Below, in pieces: positions 45,738 to 50,836 of a DNA stretch of 50,836 nt (the first letter of the stretch is position 1; each line of letters opens with the position of its first letter). The notes beneath the pieces were generated by a model. That model was given only the letters and a program-made list of their open reading frames with translations, did not search any database and was not told the origin of the DNA. The stretch is from a virus (lineage: Duplodnaviria > Caudoviricetes): the IMG/VR virus record IMGVR_UViG_3300017937_000034, positions 1 to 50,836 of that record; one strand, 5' to 3'. Position numbers and translations under genes: made by a program.

Positions 45738-45928
45738 GCGCGGCCTACGTTCGCAAGATGTACGGCGTGCCCGCAAAGCGTGGCATGCGGATCATCTGTG
45801 ATGGCAACCCCGGCGTGATCACGAGCTTTGACGGCCAGTATGTGCGAGTCAGGTTCGATGGCATGAAGTACCCGGTGCGTTGTCACCCCACGTGGGAAAT
45901 GACTTATCTGACCGAGCCGGCGTCATGA
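45734..45928 (+). CDS. Conserved small phage protein
   Basis: YVR..YGVPAKRG.R...G.I...VRFDG...CHPTW...Y signature. Confidence 0.8.
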   Translation: MSAAYVRKMYGVPAKRGMRIICDGNPGVITSFDGQYVRVRFDGMKYPVRCHPTWEMTYLTEPAS

Positions 45929-46095
45929 CCGCTCACCTACCTCACGACGCCTTCGGGCGTGGTTTAGCCATCGGACTGATCCTTGGTGCCGGCGGCACGC
46001 TATGGCTGACGGCCATGCTTCCGCACTTCCGTCCCTTCCGCAGCTTGTCCCCACGAGTACCCCGTAAGAAGGGTCGACGGAGGTCTGGGCGATGA
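45925..46095 (+). CDS. Small membrane protein
   Basis: One TM helix plus basic tail; ATGA overlaps. Confidence 0.55.
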   Translation: MTAHLPHDAFGRGLAIGLILGAGGTLWLTAMLPHFRPFRSLSPRVPRKKGRRRSGR

Positions 46096-46436
46096 GCGAC
46101 GCCGAAATCATCATCTCGGTCAACTCGGCCGGCAACTACTACCTCGATGGCCGGAAGGTCTTCGTTGTGGACTCTGAGACTTCAAAAGATCAAAACGGGG
46201 ATTCCTGGTGGACGAACAGCGAACATGAGGACGACCTCGAAGAGGCGCGAAGTGTGGCCTATGACGAGGGCTTCCGTGACGCCGAAAACGAGCACGACGC
46301 CATCGAAGACGAGGCCGACCGGCACCTGATGGACCTGGTCGATCTAGTCGGCGTTGATGCAATTCGTGAAGCGGCCCGAAAGGAGCTGCGTTCGACCCCC
46401 ATCAAGTCCCTGCTATCCGCCAAAGGGGTGCTCTAG
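46092..46436 (+). CDS. Acidic hypothetical protein
   Basis: ATGA overlap; very Asp/Glu-rich core. Confidence 0.7.
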   Translation: MSDAEIIISVNSAGNYYLDGRKVFVVDSETSKDQNGDSWWTNSEHEDDLEEARSVAYDEGFRDAENEHDAIEDEADRHLMDLVDLVGVDAIREAARKELRSTPIKSLLSAKGVL

Positions 46437-46702
46437 TGGTTCACGTAGCAACGGGCGACGCTCGCTCGAGCTTTGCCGCTCCAGGCGTGTGGGGCGGGAA
46501 ATCCCGAGCATCGTCGACGCAGGGGGTGCACGCCGTAACCGAGATGCAGAATCATGGTTCAAGGAAGGCGGCTTGTGGGCTCGTCGGCCGCTACCTCGTG
46601 GACTACCGGCTGACGGCCGGCGTCCATGATTTCAACAAAGTGCCGGTGACAGTGCGCTGCCACGGTTGTCATCTGGCCTGGCTCGAGATGTCGGATCAGT
46701 AG
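46436..46702 (+). CDS. Small putative zinc-binding protein
   Basis: HAV...ACG...CHGC; start overlaps the previous stop. Confidence 0.55.
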   Translation: MVHVATGDARSSFAAPGVWGGKSRASSTQGVHAVTEMQNHGSRKAACGLVGRYLVDYRLTAGVHDFNKVPVTVRCHGCHLAWLEMSDQ

Positions 46703-46761
46703 TCCGCAATTGCTCGTTGCGACTCTGCGGTAGCCAACGAGGCCCAGACATTTCCGATCCG

Positions 46762-47658
46762 CTACGTCCGATCCGAGGGCTCATCGACTGGCTCGAAGGT
46801 CGTACCGAAGAAGACCCCGAAGCCGCCGAGGTAGAGCTTCATGTCTTCGTCGAAAGTGGCTGGCGTCGACGTCGTCAGCGAAGAGACGACTCCATCGAGG
46901 TACACCCAAATGAACATGGCCAGCGTCAGGCTGTCCATGCCGAGCAGCGATTGCACTCCGAAGGCCTCAGTCAGCCCTAGCAGCGCATCTGACCAGGCCC
47001 GTGTTTCGATGGCCTGCATCGAGCTCGCACACCTCGTCACCAAAGGCGTGCGAGGCGCGGATGCCCTGACCATCGTCCGAAGCCTGCGGAGTGGGCTCCC
47101 GAGGGCGTAGAGCACGAAAGTCTCGGCCGCCCACATCAACGTCGATGCGAAGTCGGTTGCCTTGCGCTGAACAAACTGTCCCCGCCACAGCGTCTCGATC
47201 TCGTCATCGATGAGGTCGCGCTGGAACAGGTACCGAATCAGGTCTTCGTGGAGCTCGTTATGGTCTTCCCAGCCGTACTTGGCCCGAAAATCGTTCTGCC
47301 TCAGCCCGTTGAAGACCAGCGGGCCATCCACTCCCTTGGCCTGGAGCAGCTGGACGAAGGTGACCAGGTTGCCCTCTCTGACGTTCAGCAGATCGTCACG
47401 AAACGTCTTGCGTCGGCGGTTCGCTTCAGTGCCGGTGAGGTCACGGGTCACTGAATCAAGCATCAGCATGAGTAGCCCGGCTTCCACCAGGGGCCGCACG
47501 TCGTCTTGGCGCCGCTCGAACTCGCGCTTGTTCTTTGGGCGAGCGATGTTGATCAAAACGTCATCGAGGCTGCCGGACCGTCGGAACAGCGAGCGCCACC
47601 ACTGCCACGTTTCCGGGCTCAGCGAGTCGTCGTCGAAGTCCTCGAAACCCCATGGCAC
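46762..47658 (-). CDS. Hypothetical protein divergent from the xis-int operon
   Basis: GGAGGAG SD before GTG 47658; long ORF with GC3 bias. Confidence 0.7.
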   Translation of the reverse strand: MPWGFEDFDDDSLSPETWQWWRSLFRRSGSLDDVLINIARPKNKREFERRQDDVRPLVEAGLLMLMLDSVTRDLTGTEANRRRKTFRDDLLNVREGNLVTFVQLLQAKGVDGPLVFNGLRQNDFRAKYGWEDHNELHEDLIRYLFQRDLIDDEIETLWRGQFVQRKATDFASTLMWAAETFVLYALGSPLRRLRTMVRASAPRTPLVTRCASSMQAIETRAWSDALLGLTEAFGVQSLLGMDSLTLAMFIWVYLDGVVSSLTTSTPATFDEDMKLYLGGFGVFFGTTFEPVDEPSDRT

Positions 47659-47848
47659 GTTCGCTCCTCCGATGCGTCGCTCGCCGCAAGCCGTGGTGGT
47701 GCGGCCGATCTTGTGACCGTACGCGTGCCGGCGCCCGATATGACCTCCAGCCGTAGGTCCAAAAAGTTCTGAACCATGCACCGATCGGGACTGAAAGCTT
47801 CGGCAGACGACACCAGCAACGCTGGCAACTGACCGAAGGGGCAAGGGC

Positions 47849-48070
47849 ATGACAACAACGATGGTCGGTACACCCGACCCAGACGACCGTTTCATCACTC
47901 TCGAGGAGCTCGCACAGCTGTGCCGGGTGCCCCTCAACACCGTCTACGCCTGGCGCAAGTTCGGGAAGGGGCCGGCGTCGTACCGGGTGGGTAAGCGGGC
48001 ACTCGTCCGTCACGCCGACGCCATCGCCTGGATCGAGAGCCACGCCGAGGGTTGGGGTGAGACGGCATGA
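47849..48070 (+). CDS. Excisionase/AlpA-like HTH protein
   Basis: ITLEELAQLCRVPLNTVYAWR..GKGP..YRVGKR. Confidence 0.85.
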   Translation: MTTTMVGTPDPDDRFITLEELAQLCRVPLNTVYAWRKFGKGPASYRVGKRALVRHADAIAWIESHAEGWGETA

Positions 48071-48171
48071 TCCTCGTTCCTGCACTCCTGCTGGCCGCCG
48101 TGTTCCTGGGCCCGATCGGGGTGTTCCTCGTCCTCGTCATCGTGGTTGTCCTGATGGCCAACTGGCGCTGA
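48067..48171 (+). CDS. 34 aa hydrophobic peptide (not in ORF track)
   Basis: MILVPALLLAAVFLGPIGVFLVLVIVVVLMANWR; ATGA overlap; GC3 bias. Confidence 0.6.
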   Translation: MILVPALLLAAVFLGPIGVFLVLVIVVVLMANWR

Positions 48172-48255
48172 CAGGCCCTGCCAGGAACCGAAATCGACCT
48201 CATGAACGCGCGTTCGCGGCGCGACACTTGGAATCCGGAGAGAGGCGGGCGAGCA

Positions 48256-48477
48256 GTGAGCGACAAGGACGCATCGGGACGGCCCTGGACGGACGAACAG
48301 CTCATGTTCACTCCTGTCGAGGCAGCCAAGGCGCTACGGATCAGCCGAACGACGCTCTATGCCCTCCTGAAGTCCGGTGAGCTGCGAGCAGTGAAGATCG
48401 GCCGGAGCACCCGACTCACGAAGGCCGAGCTCAAGCGTTACGTCGCCCGCCTCGACGCCACCGAAGCCTCGAACTGA
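48256..48477 (+). CDS. Excisionase (HTH_17-like)
   Basis: TPVEAAKALRISRTTLYALLKSGEL..VKIGRS; immediately upstream of the integrase gene. Confidence 0.88.
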   Translation: MSDKDASGRPWTDEQLMFTPVEAAKALRISRTTLYALLKSGELRAVKIGRSTRLTKAELKRYVARLDATEASN

Positions 48478-48484
48478 GTCACCG

Positions 48485-49681
48485 ATGGCGGGCAAGGGGA
48501 GCCCCGGCGAGTGGAGCGTCTACAAGGACGCCCACGGACGCTGGCACGGCTGGATCACGGTAGGGCTCAAGCCCAACGGCCAAAGGGACCGCCGGCACCG
48601 AAGCGGCCACACCAGGGCCGAGGTCGTGGCCAAGATTCGGGACCTCGAGGTCAAGCGAGAGACGACAGGAGTGGCACCGGTCAACGCCGACACGGTCGCC
48701 GCTTGGCTCGACCACTGGCTCAACAACATCGCAGTGCGGCGGGTTCGTCCTCGGACGCTCGAGAGCTACGAGTCCATGATCCGGATGCACCTGCGTCCTG
48801 GGATCGGCGGCCAGCGGCTCGATCGGCTCTCACCGGAGCACCTCGAGCGCTTCTACACCGAGCTCATCGAGGACAAGGGCTTGTCGCCGGCCACCGTCCT
48901 CCGGGTCCACCGGATGCTGTCTCGGGCATTGAAGGTGGCCGTCCAGCGTGGCCGCATCCACCGCAACGTGGCGACCCTGGTCGACCCGCCAGCTCAGCGA
49001 GCGAGCGACGTGGCCCAGGCGCTCGATCTACACGAGGCCCAGGCCGTATTGATGGCGGCCAGCACCGTGCGCAACTCCGCCCGTTGGACCGTCGCCCTAG
49101 CGCTCGGACTCCGACAATCTGAGGCTCTCGCTCTTCAATGGCGGGATATCGATCTGCTCAACGGCACCCTGAGCGTCCGGCGCACCCTGCACCGGGTGAA
49201 GGGTAAGGGCCTGGTCTACGAGCCGCCCAAGACCAAGAGGAGCGAGCGGATGCTGGCTCTCCCGGCGCCGTTGATCGTCGCGCTGCATCGTCACAAGGCG
49301 GCGCAGACCGGCGAGCGGACGCTGGCGGGCTCGGAGTGGCACGACGAGGACCTGGTCTTCGCCCAGCCCAACGGGCGGCCGATCGACAAGAAGTCGGACT
49401 ACGACGAGTGGTCAGCGCTGCTCAAGCGGGCCGGCGTGCGCCACGTCCGGCTCCACGACGGTCGCCACACCGCTGCGACGCTGCTGCTCTCCGAAGGCGT
49501 GCATCCCCGAGTGGTGATGGAGCTGCTCGGGCACTCCCAGATGCGGACAACCATGGACATCTACAGCCATGTCATGCCCGCCCTGGCCCGGGAGGCGGCG
49601 GACCGCATGGGCGCGGTGCTCCTCGGCACCCTTCCGCCACCGGTGGTGCTCGATCAGGTGGAGATCGAGCCGTCGAAGTAG
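48485..49681 (+). CDS. Tyrosine recombinase/integrase
   Basis: GLRQSE (R), PKT (K), HDGRH, LGHS and DIYSH (Y). Confidence 0.95.
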   Translation: MAGKGSPGEWSVYKDAHGRWHGWITVGLKPNGQRDRRHRSGHTRAEVVAKIRDLEVKRETTGVAPVNADTVAAWLDHWLNNIAVRRVRPRTLESYESMIRMHLRPGIGGQRLDRLSPEHLERFYTELIEDKGLSPATVLRVHRMLSRALKVAVQRGRIHRNVATLVDPPAQRASDVAQALDLHEAQAVLMAASTVRNSARWTVALALGLRQSEALALQWRDIDLLNGTLSVRRTLHRVKGKGLVYEPPKTKRSERMLALPAPLIVALHRHKAAQTGERTLAGSEWHDEDLVFAQPNGRPIDKKSDYDEWSALLKRAGVRHVRLHDGRHTAATLLLSEGVHPRVVMELLGHSQMRTTMDIYSHVMPALAREAADRMGAVLLGTLPPPVVLDQVEIEPSK

Positions 49682-49683
49682 CG

Positions 49684-50655
49684 CTAGCGAAGCGGGATGT
49701 CCGAGCGCGTTACTTCAACCTGATCGAAAGCGTGCTTGTCGAGGAACTCACGGACGGTGTTCGGATGTTCGCTGGAAAGCAACAGCGGCCCTGTGCGGAC
49801 TGACTTCAGCGGCAGCTTCGTCGGCACCGGTTCCTTGCCCTTGGGTCGCAAAAGCCTCGCCTTGGCGCCCTCGGGAGCCTCGGTCAGGGTCGCGAAACCG
49901 ACGATTCCTTGTGCACCTGCTCGGTAGCAGACCTTGTCCCGGTTGAAGAAGAAGGTCGCAACGACGCGAACCTCGTTCTCGCCCCTGAATCCCGGCGTCT
50001 TGATCAAATTGGCTAGCGACGCGAGAGCGCCGTACGACTCGTCCCGCACCAAGCTGTAGCCCTCGTCGTGGAGCTCCTGGCTGGAAGCGTTCTGGACTTC
50101 TCTCATCTCGGCGTCTACCACGCTGATCAGTTCCATCAGCGCAGCGCGAACCCCATCGTCGTCGTAGATCACATGCAGCCAAGGAGTGACCAAGGCACTG
50201 TCTTGGAAGAGTCGGCCGAGGTTGAGGGTCTTCGACTCATCCGTCGACGGCTCTGGAGCTGGGACGTCCGAGATGGCGGCTAGGCCGGCCTGCCCGTCCA
50301 GTTCGAGCACGTAGCCCCGGCCACCGTCTGCGTACAGGCGCCACTGATTGGCGTCATCTCCAGCCGTTGACGCACTGAGGACGAAAACCTCATGCGGTTT
50401 GCTCCAGGGGTGCTCGGCGTGACCCATCAGAAGGTCCCGTGCGCCCTTGTCCGAGGGCATCGAGGCAAGGACGCGAGCGATGGCGTCCCACCCCTGCTGA
50501 ACCTCCGCCTTGTCGTTGAGGCTCGAAGCCTCCGAGGCCCGGATCGTGCGGGAACTGACGATGCCGATTAGGCCCTCGGCCGACGTGTAGTGGAAGACAG
50601 ACCCGGTGACTGGCTCGCCTGGCGCGTAGGTCGAGAGCTTCTTGACCTCGGTCAT
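49684..50655 (-). CDS. DUF2971-like protein
   Basis: FHYTS, LND..E, QWRLYA.GG.G and K...F..ENEVR. Confidence 0.8.
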   Translation of the reverse strand: MTEVKKLSTYAPGEPVTGSVFHYTSAEGLIGIVSSRTIRASEASSLNDKAEVQQGWDAIARVLASMPSDKGARDLLMGHAEHPWSKPHEVFVLSASTAGDDANQWRLYADGGRGYVLELDGQAGLAAISDVPAPEPSTDESKTLNLGRLFQDSALVTPWLHVIYDDDGVRAALMELISVVDAEMREVQNASSQELHDEGYSLVRDESYGALASLANLIKTPGFRGENEVRVVATFFFNRDKVCYRAGAQGIVGFATLTEAPEGAKARLLRPKGKEPVPTKLPLKSVRTGPLLLSSEHPNTVREFLDKHAFDQVEVTRSDIPLR

Positions 50656-50681
50656 GTCTGCCCCCGCCGAGTGCGTGCGCT

Positions 50682-50712
50682 GGCCACCGCTGGCAACCAG
50701 CCCGGCAACCAG
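50682..50712 (+). repeat. Putative integrase arm-type sites
   Basis: GGCCACCGC / GGCAACCAG / GGCAACCAG direct repeats ~45 nt from the tRNA 3' end. Confidence 0.5.
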
Positions 50713-50756
50713 GCGGTCAAATGTGATCTTACGGAGGGCTCTAGCCCTTTGAAATG

Positions 50757-50831
<75 letters not shown>

Positions 50832-50836
50832 TTGCA

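Noticed and set aside
47659-47940. N-terminal extension of the 46762-47940 ORF
   Set aside because: Overlaps the HTH gene on the opposite strand; a strong SD supports GTG 47658.

Overview
High-GC, actinobacterial-looking integrated element ending at a tRNA-Ala(GGC) gene. 1-25372 is a myovirus-type prophage morphogenesis module: partial terminase, portal-MuF fusion, ClpP protease/scaffold, capsid, sheath, tube, frameshifting tail chaperone, tape measure, baseplate and fibres. 25400-34040 is a mostly minus-strand defence-like insertion: a SeqA-N/RAMA protein, a type I R-M system with a single-TRD HsdS, a PIN protein and two HEPN-motif proteins. 34083-36124 is a lysis cassette with an embedded stand-alone response-regulator receiver domain. 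36680-43288 is a mobilisation module: an R388-like oriT, a MOBF relaxase-helicase, a split coupling protein and cargo genes. About 43290-44265 is a ~1 kb stretch with no credible ORF, packed with + strand helices containing G-U pairs and GNRA/UUCG loops; it is my best candidate for an undescribed large structured ncRNA. After it come a chain of small coupled genes, excisionase-like genes, a tyrosine integrase, a DUF2971-like gene and the tRNA. All family calls come from motifs recognised by eye; no searches were run.
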